DNA from: Methanomassiliicoccaceae archaeon
GTDB lineage: Archaea; Thermoplasmatota; Thermoplasmata; Methanomassiliicoccales; Methanomassiliicoccaceae
Assembly (NCBI GenBank): GCA_040776945.1
Contig: JAXGZN010000001.1
Coordinates: 64,001-128,000 of the forward strand
DNA: 64,000 bases
Reading direction: 5' to 3'
Under the pieces are notes generated by a model. That model did not search any database, had not been told where the DNA came from, and saw nothing but the letters and a program-made list of their open reading frames with translations. Shown here one piece after another: positions 11,287 through 21,934 of this stretch (positions within the stretch are counted from its first letter, which is position 1; the number at the start of each line of letters is the position of its first letter). The position numbers and the translations under genes were made by a program.

Positions 11287-12273
11287 TTGGGGTCTAGACG
11301 GGCTTGGTTCATCAGAAAGGTCGTGCGTTTCGCAGTAATATTATTTCTGGTCCTCACCATCACCTTTATCCTTCCGAGGATGATGCCCGGAGATCCGGTT
11401 GAGAACCTGTTCGGAGAAACCGTGACCCGCGTCGATCCTAGCGTGAGGGCCTTCTTGGAGGAGAAATATGGACTTGATCGCTCATTGCCCGAACAGTATG
11501 TAAAATTCCTATCGTCCATCTTTACCTTGGACTTTGGATATTCTATCACTCTGGGTATGGAAGTAAGTGACCTTATAGAACAAAGGATGACATGGACGAT
11601 AGTATTGTTGCTTCCGGCCATAATAATAGGGTCGGTCGCATCCTTCCTTCTAGCAACTAAGTGCGGCATGAGAAGGAACGGCGCTCTTGACCGAACGGCC
11701 AGTTTTTTCGCGATACTCATACACACCGTCCCCGGTTTTCTAGTAGCGATGCTTTTTGTTCGAGTTTTCAGCTTCGAACTTGGCTGGTTCCCATTGGGCC
11801 ACCTTCGATCCGGCGAGTATCAGGGGATCGTTGACCTCGGCGACATAGCCTACCATATGTTCCTGCCAATAGCTGTCGTCGCCTTGTTGGTAGGGTCGTC
11901 CCAATTCCTTGTTCTGCGCAACTCAGTGACCCAGATAGGGGATGAATACTTCATTTTCGTAGCGAGGTCCAAGGGTTTGCGTAGAAACGACGTGGAGACC
12001 CGACATGTAATAAGGAACGTCCTGCCGACATTCTTGAGTATGCTCGCCCTGAACATAGGCTTCATAGTTAGCGGCGCGCTGCTTATAGAGATCGTCTTCT
12101 CCATCCAAGGCATGGGCAATCTCCTTTATGACGCCATAAGGTTGCAAGACTACCCTTTGATGCAGGCGATTTTCATTATTTTGACGTTTTGCGTTCTTAG
12201 CATGAATTTGATTGCAGAGGTCCTATATGGTCTAGCAGACCCGAGGATCGGCGATTCACAAATCAAGGCGTGA
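11287..12273 (+). CDS. ABC permease (DppB/NikB-like)
   Basis: PRMMPGDP, YGLDRSL, ARSKGL (EAA region), DYPLMQ motifs. Confidence 0.92.
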   Translation: MGSRRAWFIRKVVRFAVILFLVLTITFILPRMMPGDPVENLFGETVTRVDPSVRAFLEEKYGLDRSLPEQYVKFLSSIFTLDFGYSITLGMEVSDLIEQRMTWTIVLLLPAIIIGSVASFLLATKCGMRRNGALDRTASFFAILIHTVPGFLVAMLFVRVFSFELGWFPLGHLRSGEYQGIVDLGDIAYHMFLPIAVVALLVGSSQFLVLRNSVTQIGDEYFIFVARSKGLRRNDVETRHVIRNVLPTFLSMLALNIGFIVSGALLIEIVFSIQGMGNLLYDAIRLQDYPLMQAIFIILTFCVLSMNLIAEVLYGLADPRIGDSQIKA

Positions 12274-12279
12274 TCATCG

Positions 12280-13173
12280 ATGGACCAATTCGACAGATCC
12301 CAGATCTTGAAGTGGTTGAACCCTATAGGTCTAAGGAACTTTCACCTGGCCCTAAACTGGCTCAAAAGGAATCCGTATCGGGTGGTAGGTCTCTCGATAA
12401 TAACTGCTCTGTGCCTGATAGCGGCGCTCGCTCCTGTTCTTGCACCATATGAACCTCGATACATGGGATGGGCGCCTTTTCTCAAACCAGGTCCAGAGCA
12501 TTGGCTTGGCACGGACGATATGGGCAAGGACATCTTCTCTCAGTTCCTGTACGCTAGCCGGATTTCCATAGCCGTAGGATTCGCCGCTGCGACCGTGGCC
12601 ATTACGATAGGCGTGGCGGTCGGTCTTACAGCCGGCTATTATCGGGGGCGGGTGGAGGACCTTCTAATGGGAGCTACCGACCTGTTCCTTCTAATCCCAG
12701 CCCTTCCTATCATGATCTTGTTGGCCTCCTATTTAGGCCCCAGCGTCATGAACGTTGTCCTGGTGATCGCTCTCTTGTGGTGGTGTACGACCGCTCGGGT
12801 GGTCCATAGCCGGGTCATTCAGGTCAGGGAGATGCAATTCGTGGAATCGCTGAAAGCTATGGCGTTCAGTGACCACTATATCGTTTTCAAGCACATCATG
12901 CTCAATACCAAGGATGTCATAGTCGCCAAATGGTCCCTGGCCATTGCCTCCGCCATGATGGCCGAGGCGGGCCTGGCCTTCCTGGGCCTCGGGGACCCTT
13001 TCCAAATAAGCTGGGGAGGGATGATAAGCAACGCTTTCAATCGAGGAGGTTTCGCAATGAACCTCTGGTGGTGGTATGTCGCGCCGGGAGGGATGATCTG
13101 TCTGGCAGCCACCGCCTTCTTCCTGGTGTCCATGCAATCTAGAAAATCCTCCTATTCAATGGAGATGGTTTGA
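12280..13173 (+). CDS. ABC permease (DppC/NikC-like)
   Basis: HWLGTDDMGKDIFS and EAGLAFLGLG...SWG motifs. Confidence 0.92.
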   Translation: MDQFDRSQILKWLNPIGLRNFHLALNWLKRNPYRVVGLSIITALCLIAALAPVLAPYEPRYMGWAPFLKPGPEHWLGTDDMGKDIFSQFLYASRISIAVGFAAATVAITIGVAVGLTAGYYRGRVEDLLMGATDLFLLIPALPIMILLASYLGPSVMNVVLVIALLWWCTTARVVHSRVIQVREMQFVESLKAMAFSDHYIVFKHIMLNTKDVIVAKWSLAIASAMMAEAGLAFLGLGDPFQISWGGMISNAFNRGGFAMNLWWWYVAPGGMICLAATAFFLVSMQSRKSSYSMEMV

Positions 13174-13174
13174 T

Positions 13175-14098
13175 ATGGAGCCGTTGTTGAGGGTCCGTTC
13201 GCTGAGCGTCACCTTTCCTACCCTTTACGGCCCATTTGAGGCCGTATCGGACCTGGACCTGGACCTGGCCCCGGGCGAGAGAGTGGCATTGATGGGCGAG
13301 TCAGGTTGTGGTAAATCGGTACTAGGACATGCGATAATCGGACTTATGTCCGACGTGGCTGATGTAAGAGGGCTAATCGAGTACCGAGGAAGGGACCTTT
13401 GCCGAATGAGCGAGGAAGAGGTCCGCAGAATACGGGGTGCGTCCATAGGCCTTATCCCGCAAAGCCCTGGCTCGGCCCTTGATCCCGTTTTGAGGGTTGG
13501 ACGGCAGATAGATGAAATGTATGTTCTAATAGAAGGGAAAGGTCAGAAGGAAGCAAAGGTGCTTACGATAAAACGACTGAACGATGTGGGTTTCGATGAC
13601 CCTGAAGAGACCTATGATACCTACCCGCACAGGATGTCAGGAGGGATGTGCGAACGTGCTTTGATCGCAATGGGGACCGCACTAGATCCTGACCTCCTTG
13701 TCGCTGACGAACCGACCAAAGGTTTGGACCCTGAATCTAAAATGCACGTAATCGACCAATTAATGGAGAGGGCAACGGGGAAGACCCTCCTCCTGATCAC
13801 CCACGATTATTACGTTGCCGCAGCCTGCGATCGAGTGGTAGTGATGTATTCTGGCCAAATAATAGAGGATGGGCCAGCTCATATTGTTCTTACCGCCCCC
13901 CGCCATCCATATGTAATAGGATTGTGGCAGGCGCTTCCCGAGAACGGACTACGGCCTATGCCGGGGACGATGGACAGGGACAAGACGGCAAACTGCCGCT
14001 TTATGAACCGGTGTCCGTTCCGCGATGAGAAGTGCCATACGCCTCAGGAGCTCAGAGAGATTGGCGATGCCCATCTGGTGCGGTGCTGTCATGCTTGA
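13175..14098 (+). CDS. ABC ATPase (DppD/NikD-like) with C-terminal Cys motif
   Basis: Walker A GESGCGKS, signature MSGGMCER, ADEPT, HPY, CRFMNRCP...C...C. Confidence 0.92.
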   Translation: MEPLLRVRSLSVTFPTLYGPFEAVSDLDLDLAPGERVALMGESGCGKSVLGHAIIGLMSDVADVRGLIEYRGRDLCRMSEEEVRRIRGASIGLIPQSPGSALDPVLRVGRQIDEMYVLIEGKGQKEAKVLTIKRLNDVGFDDPEETYDTYPHRMSGGMCERALIAMGTALDPDLLVADEPTKGLDPESKMHVIDQLMERATGKTLLLITHDYYVAAACDRVVVMYSGQIIEDGPAHIVLTAPRHPYVIGLWQALPENGLRPMPGTMDRDKTANCRFMNRCPFRDEKCHTPQELREIGDAHLVRCCHA

Positions 14099-14975
14099 AC
14101 TTCGAGGAGTGAGCAAGGAGTTCAGAGATGGAGTCCTCGGGCACCGCAGAAAGAAGGTCTTGGACGATGTGTCCCTTACTATAAGAAGAGGCGACATTTT
14201 AGGGTTGATTGGAGAGAGTGGTTCAGGTAAGACAACCCTGGCCAAGATCGCCTTGAGGCTTATGGAGGCGTCATCGGGATCGGTCTATTTGGATGGCCGA
14301 GACGTCTCTCGCCTCAGCCAGAGGGAGTTTAGGGCCCTCCGGCGAAAGGTGCAGATAATCTTCCAGCATCCCGAGGGAGCACTAGATCCGCAATATCGGC
14401 TAAGGGAATCAATATGCGAGGCTTTATTGAAATCTGGAACTCCTCGGTCTCGTCTCCAAGACGGGACCAGAGAGGCATGCGAGCTTGTTAACCTTCCAAC
14501 TGAACTCCTAGACCGATATCCTCATCAAGTGAGCGGGGGCGAGGTGCAAAGGGTCGCGCTCGCCAGGGTGCTGGCCTTTGAACCCGATTACCTGTTCTTG
14601 GATGAGCCAACGTCCATGCTCGACCTTTCTGTTCAAGCGCATATTATTAATTTGATAAAAGGAATCTCAACGCGCAATAATACGGGCCTGGTGATGATCA
14701 GTCATGACATCGATCTCATACGATCGGTCTGCACCACCGCTGCGGTCCTGCACAATGGGCGTTTGATCGCTGAGGGCTCGATGGAGCTTGTTCTATCTGA
14801 GTCGAAGAACGAGCAAGTGAAAAGGATGGTAATGTCTTGGAACCAACAAAAGAGACATTTTCAACGGCAAAGAGCACTAGCCGAAGATATGCTGAGGGCT
14901 CCAGTGATGCTGCCCATGACCCGAAAGAATGAGGGTCCAGACCATATCCCAATGTTGACAGGAGAGGGCCGATAG
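14091..14975 (+). CDS. ABC ATPase (DppF/NikE-like)
   Basis: [25 protein letters not shown]. Lacks the C-terminal Cys cluster. Confidence 0.9.
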   Translation: MLELRGVSKEFRDGVLGHRRKKVLDDVSLTIRRGDILGLIGESGSGKTTLAKIALRLMEASSGSVYLDGRDVSRLSQREFRALRRKVQIIFQHPEGALDPQYRLRESICEALLKSGTPRSRLQDGTREACELVNLPTELLDRYPHQVSGGEVQRVALARVLAFEPDYLFLDEPTSMLDLSVQAHIINLIKGISTRNNTGLVMISHDIDLIRSVCTTAAVLHNGRLIAEGSMELVLSESKNEQVKRMVMSWNQQKRHFQRQRALAEDMLRAPVMLPMTRKNEGPDHIPMLTGEGR

Positions 14976-15034
14976 GGCCATCTGGCCTCATTCACGGAAG
15001 TGCTATATATCCTAAAAGGTTATGGGCCAATCCC

Positions 15035-16669
15035 ATGGAGACGATAAAATATATTTTCGTCACTGGGGGTGTCATTTCTGGCCTGGGTAAAGGCATCACC
15101 GCCTCTTCCATCGGCCGACTTCTGAAATCACGCGGCCTGGATGTCACCGCCATCAAGATCGATCCCTATCTCAATATCGATGCTGGCACAATGAACCCGT
15201 TCGAGCACGGAGAAGTGTACGTGCTCGATGATGGGGGCGAGGTCGACCTTGATCTAGGCAATTATGAGAGGTTCCTCGATATTAGCTTGGAAAGCGATCA
15301 TAACATCACTACCGGGAAGGTGTATCGGGCGGTCATCGAGAAGGAGAGGGCCGGCGAATATCTCGGTAAGACCGTCCAGATCATTCCTCACATAACCAAT
15401 GAGATAAAGCGGCGCATCATGACCGTGGCCGAGGGCTCCGGGGCAGACGTGTGTATCGTCGAGCTTGGGGGAACGGTCGGCGATATCGAGTCCATGCCCT
15501 TTCTCGAAGCGGTCCGCCAGATGAACACCGAGATGGGCAGGGGACAGAACTGCATCTTCGTTCATACGACCTTGGTTCCCAGGCTGGGAACGGTTGGTGA
15601 GCAGAAGACAAAGCCCACCCAGCACTCGGTGAAGGAGCTAAGGGCCATCGGCATCCAACCGGACATCATCGTGGCTAGGGCCAGTGAGCCGTTGGAATAC
15701 TCGATAAAGCGCAAGATATCCTTGTTCTGCGATGTTCCGCTGGAGGCGGTGGTCTCCACGCCGGACGCCGAATCGATATATGAGGTCCCCATCGTGCTTG
15801 AGGAACAGGGACTGACCGATTATATCCTCAAGAGGCTGAGCATCGACGCACCGAACAAGGACCTGAATGCCTGGAGGGAGTTCCTGGACCGGATCCTGTA
15901 TCCATCCAACACGGTCAGGGTGGCCATAGTCGGCAAGTATACCAATCTAGCCGATAGCTACCTATCCCATATCGAGGCGTTCCATCACGCAGGGGCGGAG
16001 CTGGGCACCAAGGTCGAATGCCGGTTCTTCGACTCTGAGAAGGTAGAGAAGGACGGCATAACCCAGCAGCTGGCGGGATGCAATGGCATTCTGATACCGG
16101 GCGGGTTCGGGAGCCGCGGCATCGAGGGAAAGGTCATGACCGCGAGGCTGGCCAGAGAGAGGGGCATTCCATATCTCGGAGTATGTCTCGGCTTCCAGAT
16201 CGCCACCATCGAGATCTCCCGCAACGTGCTGGGCATGGCGGGGGCGCACACAACGGAACTGGACCCCGATACCAAGTACCCTGTCGTTGATCTACTCCCT
16301 GAGCAACGAGGGGTGAAAGACATGGGAGGTACCATGAGGCTAGGCTCACAGAAGGTCCTTGTCAAGGAAGGCTCCAGGTCTGCCAAGCTCTATCAGAGCA
16401 CCGAGATCTTCGAAAGACACCGCCATCGCTATGAGGTCAACCCAGATTACATCGAACGGCTGGAAAGCGCCGGGTGGGAGTTCACTGGCCGTTCTGAGGA
16501 CGGCGTAAAGATGGAGATCGGGGAACTCAAGGACCACCTGTTCTTCGTGGCATGCCAGTTCCATCCTGAGTTCAAGTCCCGACCGAAGAGGCCGTCCCCG
16601 CTGCACCTAGGGTTGATAAAGGCGGCCCTTGTGCATAAGGCTAGGAGGGTCGAACGACAAGTCCTCTGA
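15035..16669 (+). CDS. pyrG: CTP synthase
   Basis: [32 protein letters not shown] motifs. Confidence 0.98.
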   Translation: METIKYIFVTGGVISGLGKGITASSIGRLLKSRGLDVTAIKIDPYLNIDAGTMNPFEHGEVYVLDDGGEVDLDLGNYERFLDISLESDHNITTGKVYRAVIEKERAGEYLGKTVQIIPHITNEIKRRIMTVAEGSGADVCIVELGGTVGDIESMPFLEAVRQMNTEMGRGQNCIFVHTTLVPRLGTVGEQKTKPTQHSVKELRAIGIQPDIIVARASEPLEYSIKRKISLFCDVPLEAVVSTPDAESIYEVPIVLEEQGLTDYILKRLSIDAPNKDLNAWREFLDRILYPSNTVRVAIVGKYTNLADSYLSHIEAFHHAGAELGTKVECRFFDSEKVEKDGITQQLAGCNGILIPGGFGSRGIEGKVMTARLARERGIPYLGVCLGFQIATIEISRNVLGMAGAHTTELDPDTKYPVVDLLPEQRGVKDMGGTMRLGSQKVLVKEGSRSAKLYQSTEIFERHRHRYEVNPDYIERLESAGWEFTGRSEDGVKMEIGELKDHLFFVACQFHPEFKSRPKRPSPLHLGLIKAALVHKARRVERQVL

Positions 16670-16706
16670 GCTGACCCGGCCCGATCCGCCTTGCTCCTGA
16701 TCGGCC

Positions 16707-17429
16707 CTATGCCTTGGAAGGACCGCTCTCTCGGCCGAGAGGATGTTTTACCGGGCATGCCTTAAGGCACATCCCACAGCGCAGGCCGCTCAGCTCGGTG
16801 AACATGTATTCCTTGCACTTCTCCCTGGCCATCTCTCCGGAGGGCGAGAGGGCGCCTACCGGGCAGGCCTCGACGCATTTCAGGCAGTCCTTGCACTTCT
16901 CGCTCAGGAGCGCTCTTTTCTCGCCTGTGGGCATAAGTTCCGCGTCGGTGATGATGCCCATGAACCTGACCCTTGGTCCGTACTCATCGGTGATCAGGTT
17001 CTGGCTCAAGCCATATTGACCGAGACCGGCGAGGTACGCCGCGTATCTCAGGGACATCCCTGCCCTAAGGGTCCTGCGGTCGGCGTACCAGTAGCCGAAC
17101 TCGCTCCCTTCCGCTGGGACTATGGTCGCTTGGTTGCCCTGTTTCTCAAGCAGTCTGGAGACCTCGTAGCTGATTGACCTTAACCGTACAGTAGCTGCCA
17201 TCAAGGAGTTGGTATACTCTGCCCTTCCCTTGGGGAGCGGCTCTATGGAGCCCTGCAGCAGGGCGACCCCGATCACCACTACCGATCGGCAATCGCCCAT
17301 GATATCCTGCGGCATCCCTCCGGTGTAGATCTTATCTAAGAATCCTTCCGCCGGAGCGACGCCGAAGAGGTCCGCGCCCCTCTCCTCGGCCAGCTCCTTC
17401 AGCGTCCTGGTCTGAGGATCATTGTACAT
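16707..17429 (-). CDS. QueG-like (epoxyqueuosine reductase family) Fe-S protein
   Basis: GADLFGVA, AYLAGLG-YG, YGPRVR, CKDCLKCVEACP, CGMCLKACP. Confidence 0.75.
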   Translation of the reverse strand: MYNDPQTRTLKELAEERGADLFGVAPAEGFLDKIYTGGMPQDIMGDCRSVVVIGVALLQGSIEPLPKGRAEYTNSLMAATVRLRSISYEVSRLLEKQGNQATIVPAEGSEFGYWYADRRTLRAGMSLRYAAYLAGLGQYGLSQNLITDEYGPRVRFMGIITDAELMPTGEKRALLSEKCKDCLKCVEACPVGALSPSGEMAREKCKEYMFTELSGLRCGMCLKACPVKHPLGRESGPSKA

Positions 17430-17547
17430 AGCCTGTAATCAACGCGGTTCGGGTTAAAAAGGCTTGCCGGACGATAGAGCTCTGATGCTGCTCGCCAGCA
17501 TATAGCTAGGTTTATATCGGCGGAGCAACTTGAGAGGGAACGGTCAC

Positions 17548-18183
17548 ATGCCCGATGACGATTATCTATCATTGCTCGGTCGCGCGAAGGAGAAGCTTCC
17601 GGAGACCATCGAGAAGCACGAGAGGTTCACAGTGCCTGAGCCGGACATTTTTCTTGAAGGGAAGATCACCGTGATACGCAACTTCGGGCAGATCATCGAT
17701 GCCCTGCGCCGGGACCCCGACCACCTTATGCATTATCTGTTGCGCGAGCTCGGTACTCCTGGACAGATCGAGGGGCAGAGATTGGTCTTAAAGGCCAAGC
17801 TGACGCCCGCCCAGATCAATGACCGCATCATGAACTACACCGAGACTTTCGTACTGTGCTCGGAGTGCGGCAAGCCTGACACCCGGATCAACAAGGAAGG
17901 CCGGGTGCTGGTCCTCGAGTGCGAGGCCTGCGGAGCGCACCGCCCGGTAAACGTCCGGAAGACCACCCGCGTGGCGGAAAAGGAGGGCATAAGAGAAGGC
18001 GGCATCTATGAGGTGATGGTCGAGGACGTAGGCCGCAAGGGCGATGGGGTAGCCAAGCTGGACAAGTACATCATCTATGTTCCTGGCGCGGCCAAAGGCA
18101 CGAGGCTCAAGGTGAAGATCCAAAAGATCTCCGGGAACGTCGCTTTCTCCGTGCCTGCCCCCGCGGACGCCCCGTTGAGCTGA
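17548..18183 (+). CDS. eif2b: Translation initiation factor aIF-2 beta with C-terminal TRAM domain
   Basis: ERFTVP, ELGTPG, zinc finger CSECGKPDT...CEACGA, then TRAM (GRKGDGVAK...IYVPG). Confidence 0.93.
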   Translation: MPDDDYLSLLGRAKEKLPETIEKHERFTVPEPDIFLEGKITVIRNFGQIIDALRRDPDHLMHYLLRELGTPGQIEGQRLVLKAKLTPAQINDRIMNYTETFVLCSECGKPDTRINKEGRVLVLECEACGAHRPVNVRKTTRVAEKEGIREGGIYEVMVEDVGRKGDGVAKLDKYIIYVPGAAKGTRLKVKIQKISGNVAFSVPAPADAPLS

Positions 18184-18243
18184 TCGAACTTAGGGGCCAC
18201 CGGCAAGCTCGATGAAGGTGGCCCTTTGCCATTTTCCTATCGC

Positions 18244-19440
18244 ATGTTGGGCCGCACGTCGCGGCAGTACATTCTGTCCATGGGTCTGGCGAACCTATCG
18301 ACTTATGTCTTCCAGGCCTACTTCATCATCTATCTCCAGGTCAGCGGGCTCACCTACTTCGAGATGAGCATCGTCTATGCGGTCAACCTTGTCCTGTGCG
18401 CTCTCCTCGGCCTTCCGATGGGGAACATTGCTGACCGTTTCGGGCGCCGAAGAGGGTTCGCTATCGGCGCCGCGATCATGAGCGTATCGATGCTCATCTA
18501 TGCCATGAACCGAACCTTCAGCGCCTTCCTCGTCGCCGAGGCGTTCTGGGCCCTCGGCTGGGCCCTTCTTAATGGCTCAAATGAGGCCTGGGTGATCGAT
18601 CAGCTCGGCAAGGAGGGGAGGGCACACGAGGGGGCCAGGACGTTCACCGCCATGATGATCGTTTCATATACCATGGGCATTGTCGGCGGGGCGATGGCAT
18701 CGCTGCTTGTGACCTATTCGCTCAATATGCCGTTCGTCGGAGCGACGATCATTGCCCTCATATGCACGGTCCTGGTATGGACCCGCCTTCCTGAGAACTA
18801 TGGCTCTGAGAAGGTCAAGCTTAGTACGATCCTCGGAGATAGCCTATCCTTCTACAAGGAGAGCAGAGGCCTGCAGCTGCTGACCGCCGGCGAGACCTTC
18901 CGATATGTCGCGCAGCTCATCTACCTGTTCCTCTATCAGCCCTACCTTGTTTCCACTGGCCTGGGTGCCGAGCTCCTTGGAGTGTACTTCTCGGTGCTGA
19001 TGATCACCAGCGCGACCGGAAGCTTGATCGCTCCCCCGCTCGCCGGGAGGATCGGCACGCACCGGGTCATGGCAGCATCGAGCTTCGGCCTATGCGCTGG
19101 TTTCGTGCTGCTGGCGATGTCGCCGGGCCTCGCGGCGTCTTGCGTCCTTTTCGCCCTGTGCGGCCTTTCCAACGGCCTCGGCTGGCCGGCCATGATGGTA
19201 TGGAGGAACCGTCTGGTGCCGTCCAGGATCCGCGCATCAGCATTGGCGCTGTTCTCATCCTTCACCTACCTGGCCGGCGCAGTGGTATCCATGGTGCTGG
19301 GCGCCTTGCTGGACATCGCACCGCCCGCCGCCGGATTCGCCCTTGCTGCCCTTATAGCCGTGACCTCGGTCCCAATGTACGTTCAAGCGGCGAGCGGAAA
19401 GGCGTTCTGGAGAAGAGGGACATCACCTGTGGTCCGTTAG
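18244..19440 (+). CDS. MFS transporter (12 TM)
   Basis: Motif A GNIADRFGRRR and repeated hydrophobic helices. Confidence 0.88.
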   Translation: MLGRTSRQYILSMGLANLSTYVFQAYFIIYLQVSGLTYFEMSIVYAVNLVLCALLGLPMGNIADRFGRRRGFAIGAAIMSVSMLIYAMNRTFSAFLVAEAFWALGWALLNGSNEAWVIDQLGKEGRAHEGARTFTAMMIVSYTMGIVGGAMASLLVTYSLNMPFVGATIIALICTVLVWTRLPENYGSEKVKLSTILGDSLSFYKESRGLQLLTAGETFRYVAQLIYLFLYQPYLVSTGLGAELLGVYFSVLMITSATGSLIAPPLAGRIGTHRVMAASSFGLCAGFVLLAMSPGLAASCVLFALCGLSNGLGWPAMMVWRNRLVPSRIRASALALFSSFTYLAGAVVSMVLGALLDIAPPAAGFALAALIAVTSVPMYVQAASGKAFWRRGTSPVVR

Positions 19441-19844
19441 GATCCACTAACTGGGCCCTTGAGCGTTTATCGGTCCGGCCTGATCTGGCGTCGATCCGTC
19501 AGGACATGTTCATGCGATGGGCCTGTCTCAGGGGGAGGTCCGCTCCTCACTTGCCTCCCTGCTCGCAGACGCAGGGTCCGCTGGACCATGGTCCGATGGA
19601 TGTATCTGTGACATGGGCAGGTTCGCCCCCGACAAGCGCTCTTCACGAGCAAGAGCTCAGGTCGGGCCGATGGAACGGGAACACGCTGAAAAAAGATGAG
19701 GAGACCATCGTGGCCGGCCAACGGGACCTAGATAGGCGCCATCATATGCCAGCGAACGTGGAGAAGATGCTGGTCATTGCCGGGCGATCGTCGAACGGAC
19801 ATGGCTGGGCACAAAAACATGGAAAAAAGCAAGCATGAAAATAT

Positions 19845-19873
19845 AAAAAAAAGGTGCCTCCAAAAAGGAGACC
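19845..19873 (-). terminator. Hairpin plus U-tract downstream of the ICMT-like gene
   Basis: Minus strand reads GGTCTCC-TTTTT-GGAGGCACC followed by a T run. Confidence 0.5.
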
Positions 19874-19909
19874 TCTCATAAGAAAGGTAGTTTGGGACCG
19901 TTTAACACA

Positions 19910-20527
19910 CTAGTAAACGAAAGGGATGAACATCTTCGTCCTTTTCCTATAGTCGGCGTATTCCTTTCCGAACTCAACCTCCATGTCCCTCTCCTCTCTC
20001 TTGGCCAGACGGATGTAGAGGATCACCAGGAGGACATATAGGATTATCAGCGGCAGAGTGGCCCAGCCCACCATCATTCCCAGGGTTATCAGGAAGAACC
20101 CGGTGTACTGAGGGTGCCTGATCAGGCCGTAGACCCCTGAGGTCACAAGCCTTCCCTCGCCCGCCTCCTTGCTCCAATAGTTCTTGTGAATCGTTCTCCA
20201 TCCGGAGACCACTAGGGCCGCGCCGATAAGTGACATTGCGGCACCGATCCAGCTTCCGGCATCGCCTATATACTGTTGCAGGGTGTGTCCCCAGAGAATG
20301 CCCTCCGGCAACTGGGTTCCGAACGCCCATCCTATGGCATACATGCTGAACGGTACCCCGAACATCTCAATGGCGAATGCCACCACGAACGCCAAGAAGG
20401 TGCCTGCCGGCTTCAATTGGCTTTTCCTGTAGAATGGGACGAAGAGGATGAACACGCCATAGATGACGATCCATACCGCTACCGCGCCCCACATACCGAA
20501 ATGAGACCATACGTCCTCTTCTAACAT
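19910..20527 (-). CDS. Isoprenylcysteine carboxyl methyltransferase / PEMT family membrane protein
   Basis: LVTSGVYGLIRHPQYTG and EERDMEVEFGKEYADY...FIP motifs. Confidence 0.88.
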   Translation of the reverse strand: MLEEDVWSHFGMWGAVAVWIVIYGVFILFVPFYRKSQLKPAGTFLAFVVAFAIEMFGVPFSMYAIGWAFGTQLPEGILWGHTLQQYIGDAGSWIGAAMSLIGAALVVSGWRTIHKNYWSKEAGEGRLVTSGVYGLIRHPQYTGFFLITLGMMVGWATLPLIILYVLLVILYIRLAKREERDMEVEFGKEYADYRKRTKMFIPFVY

Positions 20528-20899
20528 TTTCAAGACCTCTTTTTTTCACATGTTCGATCATGGTCCGACGAGCCCTTGGGGCACGCCGGGTTTATGATTG
20601 AGGACACCATCTTAAGCTCTCGTTAGGAGATTGGTTTAAGAAAGGGCGCCAATGGACCTTGGGATGGCCCTTTCTTTTCGCCATCGTCTTCAAAAAGGGC
20701 CGTTTGAAGACCGGCGCGGCGGTCTGGAACGTCATCCCCTTATCATTGAGGCAGGGCGAACGCTCGAACGGCCGAACGAAAGTGCATGCTCCCCTTGCTT
20801 GCGCTCAACGCGCTCCCCCCTCCCTTGGCCATTATCTAGGGTGCACCCTCCATCTTGCTGTGCAATGGCAAGAATAAAGGTCTTGGTCCGGCACGGACG

Positions 20900-21934
20900 C
20901 TATGCCTGTTTGGAGCGCCTCAAGGTCCCCGCCTCAGGCCTTGAGGAGCTCTCCTTCGATCGGGTCCCTCCAGGCACTTCATTGCGACCGCCTCTCCTTT
21001 TGATCTGTTCGACCCTCTCCGCGAGCAGATCGTCCCGCCAAGTATCGAAATATTTCTGGTAGAGGGCCGTATCGAAGGACACCTTGGCCACTCCTTCGAT
21101 CTCCCGTACCTGGAAGAGCAGACCTTTTAGCTCCATCAGTGTCTGGGTGAACAGGACGAACATGACAAGGTCTGGAGAGTTTGAGAAGGTCAGATCTTCG
21201 TCCACGAAATCACCGCCCAGCCTGCGCACCTGTTCAACGATGTCGGCCCTCTCGGCGCCAGGAGAGAGACGGACCTGAAGGATTATCTGAAGGTCCTCGT
21301 CGAGATTCGGAACGGCCATGACATGCAGGTCGATCGATCCTCTGTCCATCATGCGGGCCAGTCGACGGCCTACCGTCTTCGACGACACTCCGATCTCCTC
21401 GGCGACATCCGAGATGGGCCTCCGTGCGTCCTTATGGAGCGCCCAGATGATCTTCATGTCGAGGTCCGTGAGATCGGCCAACTGGGGTCTCTCCTTAGAT
21501 CTGACCAACCTTGTGCAGCTGATGTCAGAGCCTTGATTGACCAGCAGAACCTCGGGATCGGGGATCTTGCCCTCGTTCCTGATGAACGACACGACATTGT
21601 CCAGATCGGATATGTCACGCAGGAAGGCCGCGATGACCAGGTTGTTCTGGTTTCCGCATATCACGGTCATGATCGAGTCGTTCTTTCCCAGCTCATCGAC
21701 GAGATCTGGGGCGAAGTCGGCGCCCGACCTGCCCTGGACCACCGCCATGGATCCGCCAAGGGCCTGCAGTCCGATATGGGCAGTATATCCCAGAATGCGC
21801 CCGGTCCCCTCCAGAGATGCGATCCGTTTCTGGACAGAAGGGATCGAGATCCCGAGCTTCTCTGATATCTCCCTGCAGGTGATCCTGACATCCCTCTCCA
21901 ATATGCGAAGCAATCTTCTGTCTAATGAGTCCAA
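20900..21934 (-). CDS. Tandem-duplicated Lrp/AsnC transcriptional regulator
   Basis: Two wHTH-RAM units (DSLDRRLLRILERDVR...; TDLDMKIIWALHKDARRPISDVAEEIGVSSKTV). TTG start after GGTGAT. Confidence 0.85.
   Translation of the reverse strand: MDSLDRRLLRILERDVRITCREISEKLGISIPSVQKRIASLEGTGRILGYTAHIGLQALGGSMAVVQGRSGADFAPDLVDELGKNDSIMTVICGNQNNLVIAAFLRDISDLDNVVSFIRNEGKIPDPEVLLVNQGSDISCTRLVRSKERPQLADLTDLDMKIIWALHKDARRPISDVAEEIGVSSKTVGRRLARMMDRGSIDLHVMAVPNLDEDLQIILQVRLSPGAERADIVEQVRRLGGDFVDEDLTFSNSPDLVMFVLFTQTLMELKGLLFQVREIEGVAKVSFDTALYQKYFDTWRDDLLAERVEQIKRRGGRNEVPGGTRSKESSSRPEAGTLRRSKQA

Noticed and set aside
19441-19838. 248-aa ORF 19092..19838 and the GGACCATGGTCC palindrome
   Set aside because: The ORF overlaps the MFS gene out of frame and has no motif. 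A single palindrome is weak evidence.
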